From Pseudovirgaria hyperparasitica (lineage: Eukaryota), in assembly GCA_010093815.1 (NCBI GenBank), contig ML996568.1: a DNA stretch of 64,000 nucleotides. One strand, written 5' to 3'. Made by a program: the position numbers and the translations under genes. Within the stretch, counting starts at the first letter, position 1. Each line of letters opens with the position of its first letter. Of the stretch, positions 35,776 to 49,613 are shown one piece after another. The notes beneath the pieces were generated by a model. That model searched no databases. It was given only the letters and a program-made list of their open reading frames with translations, and was not told where the DNA came from.

Positions 35776-37768
35776 ATGACTGAGTGCTTGGTTGCCACGA
35801 CGACGCGTCTGGAGAGGTATCGCATGACCATGGATCAGATTCGGGGAGAGGAGTATCCTATGATGGCGACAAAGACCTATCTTGATCATGCTGGCACTAC
35901 CGTATGTCACTCAAGTACCTAACTAGGTAATGCCCTGAGCTAAACTGCCCTTTCAGATTCCGGCAAAGTCAATGCTCAAAGCTACGTACGAGGACTTGGT
36001 GTCTAATCTCTATGGCAATCCGCATTCGGAGCACAATGACTCCGTGCGCACTAGCCGCAAGGTCGACGCTGTTCGCCGACAGACTCTTCGTTTCTTCAAA
36101 GCCGATCCTGCCCACTTTGATGTCATCTTCGTGGCAAACGCTTCGGCCGCCATCAAGCTGGTTGGCGAGTGTTTCCGGGACGCTTCTGAGAAGAAGAAGA
36201 AAGGCTTCTGGCTCGGTTATCACCGTGACTGCCACACCAGTGTGGTCGGTCTACGTGAGGCAAGCAAAGGCCGTCACCATTGCTTCAAAGATGACCGTGA
36301 CGTCAACCAGTGGATCAATGCTGGCGCTCAGTTCAACCGCGATGCTCGAAGACAGCGAAGCAAAGATCAGCTCGGACTGTTTGCATATCCAGGCCAGTCA
36401 AACATGACAGGTCGTCGTCTTCCTCTTTCATGGTGAGCTTCATCACTCTTTATTTTCATGGCATGTCGTTGCATTTTCTGTTTCGTTAGAGTGTGAGCAT
36501 ATGCAGTGCGACCGGCCCGCTGCACTTCATTCCACATATTGTCATGGCGTTCGTCATGCATCTAAGATCTGGCACGTGCACAAGCCCGTGCCTTGATTTG
36601 CCTCTCCCTTGTATACGTTTGCTGGCGACCCTGAACAGATCTGACGAGAGCCTCCAGGTCAGAGAACATCCGCGCATCGCACTTGCAGGACAACATGTAC
36701 ACTCTGTTGGACGCTGCAGGGCTTGCCACCAGCTGTCAAATTGATCTGAGTGACCCCAGACGTGCTCCTGATTTCATGACCGTCAGCTTCTACAAGATTT
36801 TCGGTGGCCCGAATCTCGGAGCCCTGATTGTCCGAAAGGTGGCTGGAGATGTACTACGCTTCCAGAAGGACTTTGGCGGTGGTTCAGTCGACATGGTCAT
36901 TTCCATGGGTGCCACTTGGCACGCAAAGAAGAGCGAACTTCACGATCGAATGGAGTACGGTACACTGCCCTTTCAGAGCATCATCCAGCTCGGACATGCC
37001 TTCAATGCCCACCAGAAGATATACGGCAGTATGGATGCCATCTCAAAGCACACCACCTCCCTGACTCGACTCCTTTACAGGGCACTGACGTCGCTGAGAC
37101 ATTCCAACGGCCGGAACATGGTCGTTGTCTACAACGATGTCCAAGACTATGCCTACGGAAATGCTCTGCTACAAGGTGGCAATATCGCTTTTAACCTGAT
37201 CGACCAAGATGGCTATCTCGTCGGCTACACTGACGTTGAGAAGAGGGCCAACGACTACAACATCTCGATCCGCTCTGGAAGTCTATGCAATCCCGGTGGT
37301 TTTGCTCATTACCTGAACTGGTCCCCGGAAGAGATGAAAAGGGCTTACGAGGCAGGCCATCGCTGCAGTAACCCTACTCAGCTCATGAACGGCAAGCCAA
37401 CTGGCGTCGTGCGCGTCTCTCTTGGAGCTATGAGCAATGTCACAGATGTTGACAAGTTTATCTGGTTCATTCGAAACAACTACTACAACATGGCAACGAC
37501 GAGTACCGCTCGCAGCCACCCGATCCGCCACCACAACTCGTGCAACAACCTCGGCATGTATTGTGACAAAGCTGTGGACTCTGCAACAGAAACACTTCGC
37601 TCCTTCGATCTCGCCTCATCCAGCTCCGAAGATGATCCTATCAAAACCCTTCGCGCGCGTGTGTCGCTCGCTCAACTCCACCGACCTTCTACGGCGCGCT
37701 CTTGGGTCGGGAACCAATTCTCCAAGCTAAATTCCCGATCCAAGATGCCAACCAAGATAGCGGCATAG
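35776..37768 (+). CDS. Molybdenum cofactor sulfurase-like PLP-dependent protein (NifS-like domain only)
   Basis: YLDHAGTT, NLYGNPHS, AYPGQSNMTG, LLDAA, SFYKIFG (PLP Lys), RSGSLCNPG (persulfide Cys) and RVSLGAMS motifs. Introns 35902-35956 and 36433-36657. Confidence 0.88.
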
Positions 37769-38249
37769 ACTCATGCTGAACATTTCGACTTGTCTACTTA
37801 TAATATCACTAATCCTATATCCCATTTGTGAGGCACTTTGCCAATGAGCATTCCCCTTTCTGCATGAAATGGCACGTTTTAACTTGATGTTGTTGTTCTT
37901 CCCACAAATGATGCATATTTGACTCGCTGATTTCATCTCCTTGCTGTCTGTCATTCTCATGATGAAGGTGGAGGGAATGGGGGCGTCTGATGGTGTCACA
38001 CGAGTGGTGGTGCTGGACTACTGCAATACACCTTGCGCGCAGAGGACGAGCGGTATTCGCATTTTCCTTCAATAATTTTTACGCAAATCTTCTCATGTGT
38101 TTACTGAAAAATAGCCGCTCGGAACGGCTTTGTGGGACGGGTAACGGGCAAAGATGTGTTTCACCATAGATACCCGGAGTATTTCGCTAGTAATGTCATT
38201 CGTGTCTATCATAACACCATCTTTTCACTCTCACGCACTCATACGCCCA

Positions 38250-38580
38250 CACACCCACACTCACACTCACACTCACACTCACACCTCCGCGTCTTTCACG
38301 GCCTGCCTGATCACGTCATGCCTGCTGCGTAATCCTCTCGTGGAACAACCCAGACATGTGGCCAAAATAAACAAACTATGTCCGCCCTTCCGTTACTCTC
38401 CGCTCCGTATCCCACCCACCCAATTCATCACGACGACGACGACAACAACAACGACAGCGACGACAACAACGACAACGACAACGACGACGACAACGACGAC
38501 AACGACGACGACAACGAATACGACATGTAGACTACGTGTACACTTAACTCCGTGCGTGCGTGCGTGCGTGCGTGCGTCCG
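38250..38580. repeat. (CACACT)n, (ACG/ACA)n and (GTGC)n microsatellites
   Basis: Directly visible. Confidence 0.9.
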
Positions 38581-38943
38581 TCTGTTTATCCGTTCTGCGT
38601 CTCCAATTCGAAGGGGGGACATGGGATATCTCGTCTGCTTTGAAAGGAGAATATATAATCATGACTTTATTCTGCCAGTTTCTTTTTTTTTTTTGGGGGG
38701 GGGGGGGGGAAATGGTATCTTCGATCTCATGCATTTGTGATCCTGTACCCTTTTTGGCCTCTTTTCAACCTCTTTCCATCCCATGCACTTTCCAAACCCC
38801 TTTCCAGTCCCCTTTCCAATCCCGTACCCTTTCGATACATCCAGCCATTCATCTTCATCCTACGTATCTTCTCTTATCTTCTCTTATCCCATCCTGTGCA
38901 AGCTCTGTGCTGACATGACGCTTTCTCCTTCATGACTACTTGG

Positions 38944-38992
38944 TGCTCATGCCTTCTGCTCATGCCTTCTGCTCACGCTTTCTGCTCACGCT
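38944..38992. repeat. 13-bp tandem repeat (GCTCAYGCYTTCT) x~4
   Basis: Directly visible. Confidence 0.85.
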
Positions 38993-39230
38993 CTGTGATT
39001 TGTGACTTCTTTGTCGGAGAGACTGCGTGGAGACTGGTTGGCTTTTTTTTTTTTTTTGGTTTTTCCGTACTTTGGTAAAAAGACTGCTTGTGTTTGTATA
39101 CTTCCTGAAAAGGGAGAGCTTTTTTTCATACAACGGGGAAAGAATGCCTGTGATAGTGATGGTATTTGGGAGTGATGATAGGATGGAGGAGGGTATTTGA
39201 GGGTGTGAAGGATGAGGTCTGGTGGGAAGG

Positions 39231-39305
39231 ATATGTGGTTGGAGTATGTGGTTGGAGTATGTGGTTGGAGTATGTGGTTGGAGTATGTGGTTGGAGTACG
39301 TGGTT
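39231..39305. repeat. 13-bp tandem repeat (GGAGTATGTGGTT) x5+
   Basis: Directly visible. Confidence 0.95.
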
Positions 39306-40482
39306 GGGGTGCGATATAGGGATACCATGTAGGAATACGAGGTGAGTACGAGTACGTGGCATGAATACGAGGTAGTAATAACACTTGAGAAGTAAGAGTG
39401 CGCAGGTAGGTCAGTCATCAGCCATCAGCCATCCTCCTTCAGTCATCAGTCGTCAGTAATCAGTAATCAGCCATCAATCATCAATCATCAGTCGTCATCA
39501 CAGAAACAATATATATACACATAACTACCACGAGTGCATGGTTCCGAGAGAAAGGTAGTCAAAAGGGATGGACATGTATAGCAAGGATTAACATATGCAT
39601 GCATGCATGCATGCATGATAGCTATAAGGAATTATACGGGCATTCATACGAGGACTTGTCAGAGCCTGCGAAGACGGTGGGAGTAGTTACGAGACGATGG
39701 CAGTCAACCGCACGATGGTATTTCCAAGACAATGATAAAGCTAGACTACCATGAACTTGAACCACGAAGTGCTGGGTCGTTAGTAGTGTAATAGAGCGAT
39801 GTGAGAGTACATCAAACACATACACGATATCGAAACCATGGACTCTGTCGTGCGATAGGATCGAGCAGGATATTCCATAGCATGGCGTACCACATGCCTA
39901 CACCTACAGCTACATCTACACTGGCATCAATACCATACCTCACCATATTATCGAATCCTTGCCTACGCAAGTTTATACATGGTGTGTATATAGAATATAG
40001 ATAAATAGAAACGGCGCTACATGAAATCTCGCACGACGACGAAGAAGAAGAAGGAAACCATCGTTGGATGACTATTTTGTAGTAGCAGTAGTTGTAGTTA
40101 TAGTAGTGAGTAATGTGTATAGGTTTCGCTGGCTAGGTACATGTGTGTTTCTATATCTACTACACCCTCCGATGATTCCGGGTTGGAACATGGGATGACT
40201 AAGGCGCATTAAGGAGAGAAAAAAAAAACAATTCAAGACTTGGATAAAACATAGGACTAGAGCAGAACGAAGAGATACAAAGCAAAAGTGGGGAGCGGAA
40301 ACTACAGAACGGGAGAACCGTAAGGAGAGAATTGAGAATAGAAAGAGAAAACGGGGAGAAAGGGGAGAAAGAAGGGAGCGGATTTCAGAGGACTTTTTTG
40401 TGTGTCTGTGTTGGAATGTTGGTATGTTACACGAGCGATTCATGGCATTGCTTCGTGGTTGTTCCTTTCTTGTGTTTATTCG

Positions 40483-40565
40483 TGCTCATGCTCATGCTCA
40501 TGCTCATGCTCATGCTCATGCTCATGCTCATGCTCATGCTCATGCTCATGCTCATGCTCATGCTC
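40483..40565. repeat. (TGCTCA)x13 hexanucleotide microsatellite
   Basis: Perfect repeat. Confidence 0.97.
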
Positions 40566-40913
40566 GGACCAACATCAGCACTGCCACTGGCACCAAATCT
40601 CCCCTCCCCGTCCCCGTCCACGTTCCAAGGGCCACTTCCCGGCCGAACCAAGAAAAACATAAGAAAGGGGGCCCGAAGGAGGCCAGGCTCTTGCAAGTCC
40701 CTACAGAGAGTCGTACAGATGAAAGAGTAAGGGTACGTGGTATTGCTGGCTGAGTTATGTGCCCGCTCTTGGGGATGGTTGGAATGCTGCTTGGATTAGG
40801 TGGAAAGCGAGCTAGGGACAGGATGGGACGTGATGCTCGTGGTGAGGAGTGGGGTTTCTATGTGTCTATGTGCAGAGGCGAGTGCGTGGATGGAGGACAC
40901 CCATTCGTATATG

Positions 40914-40983
40914 GAGAGAGAGAGGGAGAGAGAGAGGGAGAGAGAGAGGGAGAGAGAGAGGGAGAGAGAGAGAGTGTGTGTGT
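40914..40983. repeat. (GA)-rich 12-bp periodic repeat followed by (GT)n
   Basis: GAGAGAGAGGGA units. Confidence 0.9.
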
Positions 40984-43015
40984 ATATGTGCGAGTATGCG
41001 TGAGCGATACATGCATGCATCATCGTGAATATCCGCTCTTGGCTCTGCGTTCCCACGTCTCTTACACGACACGCTTCGGACATCGAAGGTCTTGCTATGT
41101 GCATCTCTGCCTGAACGAGTTGATGTATGTATGAATGAGTGAGTTGATTTACCAAGCACCCAGTCTCCCCACTGATATATCGCCCCATTCCACGAAACCA
41201 CACGCTCACTCCGTTCCATCTCCATCTCCATCTGCACCACTACACTTTCGCACATCTATATGCTCAGCCGTGCACATTGATCACCGACGCTTCGCATAAG
41301 TCTGATCCGCACTCGGCTCTATCGTATGGCATGCATAAATATGTGGAAGCGTCAAAGCCGCAATAAGAAATTCTTTGGAGTCTATAGTACCAGCGCGTTA
41401 TCATGATATTCGCAATTTCTTCTCTTCTCTTCTCTTTCCTTAACTTTTCCATCTCTCTCCTCTCCCTCCCAAGGATGCAGCTGACTGGGGGGATAATTCC
41501 CGAGTTACCCAGACTGAGCGCGATGGACATTGACGCTCTCGATTGACCACCTGCCCACCTGCCCGCCTGCGCAGCAACCTCCCCGCCCCTCCCTTTCATC
41601 TTACCCAAAAGCCTCCGTCCTACCACCCACTTAGCACCCGCAGAACCGTCGTCTCCTGTCCCTACCTCCCTGCCCCCCTAACCCCCGGAACGCATCACGT
41701 ACAAGCTGATCAGCATACCCGCGCCACCGTCCAACCATACACCCCTCCTTACCACTCAATGCCAGCACGCGCTAGAAAGTGTCATGGCCCACAAAGACCG
41801 TGCATTGAGGCCGGCAGGGTGAGTGTCAGAGTACAGCAGAGTTGGGGAGTTAAGTTTGTACGAGGGAGAGTGTAAGGGATGGAGGATACAGACTGGAGAT
41901 GGGGAGGGGGGATAGGGAGGGTGCGTGGGATGGTGGGTGGGTGCATCCCTTGCTTGCGTGCGCGCGGTGGTGGGAAGGGGGGAGGGGGATAGATCTGGGG
42001 GGCAAGGGAGAAGAGGGAGAGTGGGTTGGTGTTGGGAGAATCGGGCAAGGGAATAGAGCATGAGCGGACAGACTGGGCGGTCTTGGTGAGGATGATGGAT
42101 GCAATACGCGCGACTGCGTAGACGGAACAGTACGAAATAAGAGTGTATGTGATGTACGAGCGGCAAGGAATGCACTTGATCAAAGGAGCATCACACCAAA
42201 CAATACATGCCGAGAAGGTTCAGAGTCACAGACACGAGTTCATCCAGATACCTTGCTGCATACAACAGATACGCAACAAAGGTCTCTTTTGACGGATCAA
42301 CACGTCGCTCGCTGGTGGCAGAACTACCCGCCTCTACAAGAGACAAAGAACTGCAGCTAGCAGTGCAGCATGTTGACTGTCTGAGCGGCATCAAAGTACC
42401 CATGTCTGTGTTTATTGCAAAGAAGAGTCCATGCATACGCTTCAAACAAGTAGGTCTACGTATCGATCCAGTGAAGTCGTCTGCGTGGTCCTAAGACCAG
42501 GCCCTTACATCCAACAAAGGAGCACAATGAAGTCCGTTCCATCTCATGGAGGCGATAGGGTGTATTGGGCGGAAAGAGGGTATTGGGAGAGCGCTCGAAG
42601 TGTGGGCGGGTGCTGTTGAGTACGGCATTTGCAGCAGTGACGATGACACCGTGATGCATTGCACGAGGTGAAACCAAGCCTTCATCATGACAGCCTGGTC
42701 AGATGGGAATCCTCGGGCGTACACATAACCCAGCCTTGGAAATGAGCTAGTTTTATGTCCATCATAGCGTTCGTCCGGTTGCGAGAACCAAGCTATGTCA
42801 ACACAGGTAACGCTTTAGGACGGTTTCACAGCCTAAGATAACCAGAAAGAAACCCCGAAAGATATGGTTCGAATCATCATACAACGCTATCAATCATGTT
42901 TCAATCTTCTCTCGAACCACGATGCTGACTTCAAGCGTCGTCATCACAGCGTGGGTCTAGTAGCGTGGCGACTGGACAATGAACAGACTGACTGCATAGT
43001 TGTATCTTGGTTCGT

Positions 43016-44982
43016 CTATTGTGACTTGGTACCCTTGGAAGCAAATCGAGCTACGAGTCGCGTGAACTTTGCACGAATGAAACCTTTCAGCCCTCCAGGT
43101 CCCACGCTAGCAACCTCATCTGCTGCAACAAATCTACGGACCAACGGGTTGAAGATGCTCCCAAAGCCGAGCGCCATTACAGTACTCGTCAGGATGATGA
43201 CATTATAGGGCATGCTAAAATCAGGAGTCGGTAAAGGTAAGAGAAGACTCGTGGTGCGAAGGTATGCACCGCGCGACGCTTTAGCCTCTTTAGGCGACAG
43301 TAACCTGATGACTGCTGGTGCGACATCAAACCCTCGATTCGCGTCAGGCGGATACTCTGTATAGCGCAGAATGGCTTTATCAAAGTCATATGTTAGCGTG
43401 AGCGTTGATGCTGGAGGCACGGAAAGAAGTAGTTCCAAGTGGGTGCCTCGGTGGCGGTCGACAGCGGGACGGTAGTACGTTTCGACGATAGGATTTTCAA
43501 CGGCGCCAGATGTGGCGTTGGTGGCGGAGGAACTTGATACAGAGGCGTGAAGAGTGTGGAGGTACGGTTTCATGAACCAAGGTAGGGATTCCAAATAGAC
43601 AAAGTCGATGGCGGAGGTGGTTGATGGATTGTTGATGACTGCTTGGACACTGCCGCGTTCTTGCCCATATCCGTTGATAGAGCGGGCGGCATAAAGGTGT
43701 GGTTGTGGAAGTGGTGTATCGACCAAGAGGGTCTGATCGGGAAGTTCGAGATCAAAGTCGTCACCGTCTAGGTAATTTGTCAGTTTCATTGTTGAACCGC
43801 GTTCGTTAGTCTTGAAGACTTACTAGAAAGCTTGTAGCATCGAAGGAAGCCATCCTCATGCCTGTGCTCGGAGAAGCTTGAGGAAGTATTCACCCGCACT
43901 TCACGTTCAGGTGGGACGTTGATGCAAATTGTCTCAGACCCTTCACCGCTTAAATCTGCCAAATGACAGGAGCCCTTGATGGGACGTCCAAAGACCTCCG
44001 TCAGAGACCAAGTAGGGTCAGAGGATCTGTGCAGGGGATAACATGCATCGCCGTAAGCGCTATAGTGCTTCGAAGAATCGCAGACAAGATCCTCCATCTT
44101 ACCAGGTCTTGGTATGGGATTTTCTAAACTGTGTTAGCTGGAGGGCATGATATGAATATCTTGCTAACCTCGTGGCCGCTTAGACCGTTCGATATCAAGT
44201 ACCATGTCCACGGTCTGCTCCATTTCTAGGATACATTCGGATCCATCAGCCGGGCATACGGGTCTGACATCGATGGACATCGTCTGCCATGATGCATCAA
44301 ACAGCTTGTGTCCGTCGAACAGACTCGAAATGCCAGCTTTGCCCTTACACGGAAGGAGCTTAAGAAAAGGTGTGAGATTCTCTGTGCACACAACCTCGTG
44401 AGGTAACGTGCCATGTAGTAAGTGTAAACTTGACAACGAGCTCTCTGAGTGGGAGCCTTCGGGTTGGAACGACATCACAGGACGTATCGTCTTTGTGGAA
44501 TCGATGAAGTTGAGGGACGCACAAAACAGGCCGGAAAGAGTGTTGGTGAGGGTGAGCCATTGGGCATTCGCCCTAGGATTTCATTAGCTGGGATCTTCAT
44601 GTTATATCGTTCATGCACACTGTTCTTCTGAATCTGCCTCAAGCCATGCCCATAGTTCTACTCCAGTTCCCCCCTCCCTCGCACCATTCCATGGAAGGGC
44701 ACCCCAGCTCTCCGCATCCCAACGTCCAACGCTAAATCGAAGGTGTAACTCTTTCGTGTTAGTGTGCTGGAGGATTTGACCAAGCGAACGTGGGAAAAGT
44801 CTGAAGTTCTGTTGGTCGAAGGCGCTTGCAGATGTGTTGCTCCGAAAGTTGAACGAGGCGAGAAGTGCGGACTGCGGAAGAGGTCTCAAAAGGAGACGTT
44901 CATGGTAGTCGGAAGGTCCTGCGCCAGCGTATGCGGCGTGTAGAGGCGCAACTAGAAGAGTGAAAAGGAAATGAAACAGCAT
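43016..44982 (-). CDS. GPI16: GPI transamidase component Gpi16 / PIG-T
   Basis: Signal peptide; FPRSLGQIL, GGTGVELWAW, LSGLFCASLNFID, LPHEVVCTENLTPFLKLLPCKGKAG and LPTPDFSMPYNVI motifs. Three introns. Confidence 0.95.
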
Positions 44983-45249
44983 TACGGCCTTCCCGCCGAC
45001 GCTGTCAAGAGAAGAATCACTTCGATTTAACGAGTCGTTGAGCCTATACTCTCTTGCATGCTATATAACATGTCCAAGCTCTCCACGTTCATGACAGACG
45101 CGTCGGCTGCACTTCGGAGCTTCGCGCGCAATCTTATAGATTTCTCGAACACCCACAGAGGTCATATCAGGTCGCGAGCTTTCATAACGGATAGATTGCC
45201 TAAAGCTCCACAGTCGAACCAGAACCGTCTATCTAGATCTCTGAACGTA

Positions 45250-46227
45250 ATGGCAGCTGAACAGCGTAGGCTGCTTGGTATGTTTCTGAACTGGAAGCTA
45301 GAATGTTATGTAGCAGCTAACAGAATTTCCAGAGCAGCTTATGGGCGAACAGCTCATGGCTGGCCCGGGTCCTCGCGCACCCCAACTTGCTATCACGGAC
45401 CCGAAAGTCTGTCGCTCCTATCTCGCAGGAACATGTCCTCATGACCTATTCACCAACACGAAGCAAGATTTCGGACCATGCCCCAAAGTCCACAGCGAGG
45501 CGCTGAAGTCGGAGTACGATGGAGCAGATGAGACGCAGAGGAGGAAATGGGGCTTTGAGTTCGATTACCTGCGCGATATGCAACGCATCATCGACGACTG
45601 CAACAGAAGAATAGACACGGCACAAAGGAGGCTAGAGAAGACCCCGGATGAGATCCGGCAAACAAATCTGCTGGTCAGCAATCCCCATCTGCATGGTTCC
45701 TACTATCACTAATCCTACAGCTCAAACAAATCTCGGACCTTTCTCAGACAATCGATTGTGGCCTCCAGGAAGTGCAGATACTTGCTGAAGAAGGCGCCAT
45801 AAACCTAGCTGTCACCGAATACTTCAAGATCAAGCAAGCAAAGCAGTCCAAAGAAGACAGGGAGCGCGAACTCAAGGCATTATCTGATACATCAGGTCCA
45901 TCTGGACATCAGAAACTTCAGGTGTGCGATGTTTGCGGTGCTTATCTAAGCCGTCTCGATAATGATCGACGTCTTGCCGACCACTTCTACGGCAAAATGC
46001 ACTTGGGATATGCGCAAATGCGGAAGACTTACGAGACTCTACAGAAAGAGCTGAAGGGGCGTGCTCCGCCTCCAAGAGAGGATGTCAGCGGGAGGGGCGA
46101 TTTCGACAGCCCGTATGGCGACAGAGGCGGATGGGGCGGTGGACGTGGAAGAGGTGGTGGCTGGGGTCGTGGTGGAGGCGGTTTCAGGGGAGGTAGAGGC
46201 GGCGGTGGAGGCTTTGGTAGATACTGA
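45250..46227 (+). CDS. LUC7: U1 snRNP-associated splicing factor Luc7
   Basis: MAAEQRRLL/EQLMG, VCRSYLAGTCPHDLFTNTK..CPKVH (ZnF1), VCDVCGAYLS..DHFYGKMH (ZnF2) and an RGG tail. Introns 45278-45332 and 45674-45720. Confidence 0.95.
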
Positions 46228-46772
46228 TGGGCTGACATTCAATCTTCTTCTTTGGGTCTGTACTTAGCGAGGCGTCCTGGAATGTCAGTATGGGGATTTG
46301 AAGGATGTTCATGTCCTACAGCGGATGGGAAGACATTCTGTATATGATAAATGGCAGGCATAACACAGCACGACGCAGAGAAATGCTCTCATCGTCTAGC
46401 TTTTTCAATCTGTAACCTCCAACTTTAGTCATCATGGAGACTTGTAATGCATTACAGTATTATACGTTAAGTCAGTATACATGCAACATTAAATAATATC
46501 GGGTACAGCCGTGTGATTGGACGGCTCACCATCCGGATGAATATGACGTGCACGGTTCACCCACCACCGCAAGGCGAACCCTGGCCACACGTTCGACCAC
46601 GAACGTATGGCGGCCAAATATTTATCAACTTTACCACACGACACCATAACACATCGCTTTTGAAGATCGCTGACACACATCCATATCCGAAGTCGCAAAT
46701 AAGTCTTTCAAATAACTCAATCACCCTACTCCAACAACCCCTACTGCCATCGTGCAGACATACTCCACGATT

Positions 46773-48719
46773 ATGTCTAGACGACCCAACCCTGCCGCTG
46801 ACCGCGCGCAACAGAATACCCAGACTCTCAAGAGCTTAGTAAAGCTAGAAGCAAACAAGAGCTGCGCAGATTGCAAAAGGAATAAGCGTATGCATTGCGC
46901 TTCAAGTCATGTGGAAAAATACTCACCAAATTGGCAGATCCAAGATGGGCAAGTTGGAACTTAGGGGTTTTTGTTTGCATACGGTGCGCTTAGTAGACCA
47001 CTGGATAAAGTAAAACTCGCTGACAGACCGCAAAAGATGCTCAGGTATACACCGAGGGATGGGAACCCACATAAGCCGAGTAAAATCAGTCGATCTAGAC
47101 TCCTGGACAGACGAGCAGTTACAAAGCATGTTGAAATGGGGTAATGCTAAAGCCAACAAGTATGTACGGTCCCACCGCTGTTATGGATCTTGACTCACAG
47201 ACTTAGATACTGGGAACACAAACTCGCGCCCGGGCACGTGCCTGCTGAAGCGTATGTTGAAACTTATGAATGGCAGCCCCCACTCTGACGATGGAAATAG
47301 CAAGATGGAGAATTTCATTCGAACTAAGTATGAGTCGAAACGGTGGGTCATGGAGGGAGGTATCCCAGACCCGGCCACACTTGGAGGAGACGTAGACGAT
47401 GATGTTGTATGTACCATCTTCTTTCTACAGTAGACTACTCCTGTCGCGGTTGTTGCTAATCGAATTCATAGCCTCTCAGTGTCGTACAAGAGAAAGCTAA
47501 GATCGAACGATCGACTTCACTCAATGCCGCGCGCGCTCCCACGGGTCGAGTTCCACCTCCCTCGAGACCCCAGCAAAACATTGATCTTTTCGGCGACGAC
47601 CCATCACCTGCCCCTCAGAGACCAAGCACTACAGGACCTCCGTTGAATGTGCCCCCGAAGTCGGAAGCGGCTGCACCTAAGCACACCAAGCCAGCAGACT
47701 CGCTTCTTGGATTTGACTTCTTCGGAACGCCTGCTGCTGCACCGCCCGCGAGGCCCTCCAGCCACTCTGCAGCTGCTACTGGACCCTCCATACCATCACG
47801 GCCGGATCTGAAGCAGTCAATCCTTTCTCTGTACGCATCAGCCCCGAAACCGGCACCACAAGTGCAGCCTCAGCAGCATGGTCAGACGGATTCCTTTGGT
47901 GGACTCATGTCTGCCGGGCCTTCACAGCAATCGCCGCAATCGGCAGTTGGCCTCAACGATGCATTTAGCAGCCTTTCATTTGAGTCCAATACCACACAAC
48001 AGCAGCCGCGATCATCCGCTTTTTCAGGCCTGGCTACTTTCTCTAATCAGCGTTCTTCGCCGGCCCCGTCAGCTGCGCCCGCAGCTTTTGGCGGAGGAGG
48101 CGATTTTTTCAATGCCCAGCCGAAGGCGACAAAGCCAGCGAACCCTCCACCTCAACAACACAATCATCAATCATCGAAGCAGTTCAGCAACATGAATGAC
48201 CTTTTCTCTACCCCAGCTCCAGCCGCTCAACCTAAACCAGCACCTAAAGCCACCAGCGGCATGGGGGACCTATTTGATCTGACCGCGCCTACATCACCAC
48301 CTGTACCACCCAAGCCAGCTACTCAGACCTCACCACATACATACTCCGCTTTCAACCTATCTGCTCCTGCTCAACAACCACAGGCTTCACTGAAACCACA
48401 ACCCGTGACCTCGCCAAGCTTCTCTTCGGGCTTCAACTCAGACCCCTGGGGCACGAACGATGCATGGGCGAATAGTAAATCCACTACTTCTTCCCAGCCA
48501 CCATCATCCATAACTAAGGTATCTACTACTGATGACTTCGGAGGCTGGGGTAGCACCATAACCCCTGCGAAACCAACATCACCTAAGGTAACTGCGGACG
48601 ACGACTTTGGCGGCTGGAGCACCGCCCCGCCCGTATCATCTGGTTCGAATAACTTACCAAAAACCACTGGAGCTTTCGGTGCAGGGGGTGATGATCTTTT
48701 CTCAAATGTGTGGGAATGA
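46773..48719 (+). CDS. ArfGAP (SMAP/Age2-like ARF GTPase-activating protein)
   Basis: [47 protein letters not shown]. Five introns; low-complexity tail with DLF/DDFGGW motifs ending DDLFSNVWE. Confidence 0.93.
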
Positions 48720-49011
48720 TTGGAAGGAAACCAACAAACTCCATGTACTGGGGGAGTTTGGAGCATGATAAGTAGACGTAGTAGAGTGGAGTATACCATT
48801 ATGACATTTGAACATTAAGTTGCAAGGATACTTGCCAGGGTCGCTGTATAAATATATAGTCGACATATCAATGTTCAAGTAGAACGCTCGCAGCACGCTC
48901 CCACCGTGAACTCCTAAATCAGAGAGCGCGCCAACATACTCGAAACCTAGGATATTGGCACACTTAACCCACTGTTGATCCAGCACGGCTCCCCTTCCTC
49001 TTATGTGCCCC

Positions 49012-49424
49012 CTAGCCCGTAAAAAAGCCCCATATCCACCATAGCAATATCACCACGACCGAAATAATGCCCGCAAGCTTAAAGATGGCGACTTTGTTTC
49101 CTGACTGTGCCATACGACCCATACGTACGGCGGAAGTCTTGAGCGAGGTGGAGAAGTTTGAAAATGTCTCAGACTACGTGTGTGCACGTTAGCAACTGTG
49201 GGGCCCAGAGATGTAAGGCCTAGAGAGAGTATGTATCGTGGAGGAACGTTTGGAAGGCGAGCCTCCGAAGGGCAGGATATATGACATACGGTGTTCTCAA
49301 TGACCCTCTGGTCGCGCGCTTGGTCGTAGATATCGATCGTTACGCCGCGCAGCGCGGACACTTTGTTGGAAAGCTCATCGAGGGCGGAGTTATTCTGGCG
49401 CTCGCGCTCGTACGCCTCGGACAT
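49012..49424 (-). CDS. Small Golgi SNARE (Sft1/Bet1-like Qc-SNARE)
   Basis: MSEAYERERQNNSALDELSNKVSALRGVTIDIYDQA..; intron 49174-49289; SETFSNFSTSLKTS..KVAIFKLAGIISVVVILLWWIWGFFTG* with a C-terminal TM. Confidence 0.88.
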
Positions 49425-49613
49425 GGTTGTGGCTCGGATCGTGCAGGTGTTTTGTGGCGACTTTATGAGATCATGTATGTGGTGTAGAGTAGTGTGATCT
49501 GGGGGTAGAGATTGCGATAGGCAAGATGCGAGGGCAGTCGCTGGGCGTTGGTTCAAGACGAGTTGCTGGATGTGACTTGGACTGAGGTGTGATATGGATC
49601 CATGCGTAGATTT

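Noticed and set aside
39231..39305. Direct repeats resembling a CRISPR array
   Set aside because: Contiguous 13-mers with no spacers, eukaryotic context and no cas genes.
38154..41255. ORFs with poly-T, (AH)n, (SC)n, (LM)n and (ER)n
   Set aside because: Translations of microsatellites, open in several frames at once.
42191..42724. Short ORFs downstream of GPI16
   Set aside because: No recognisable motifs or convincing gene structure.
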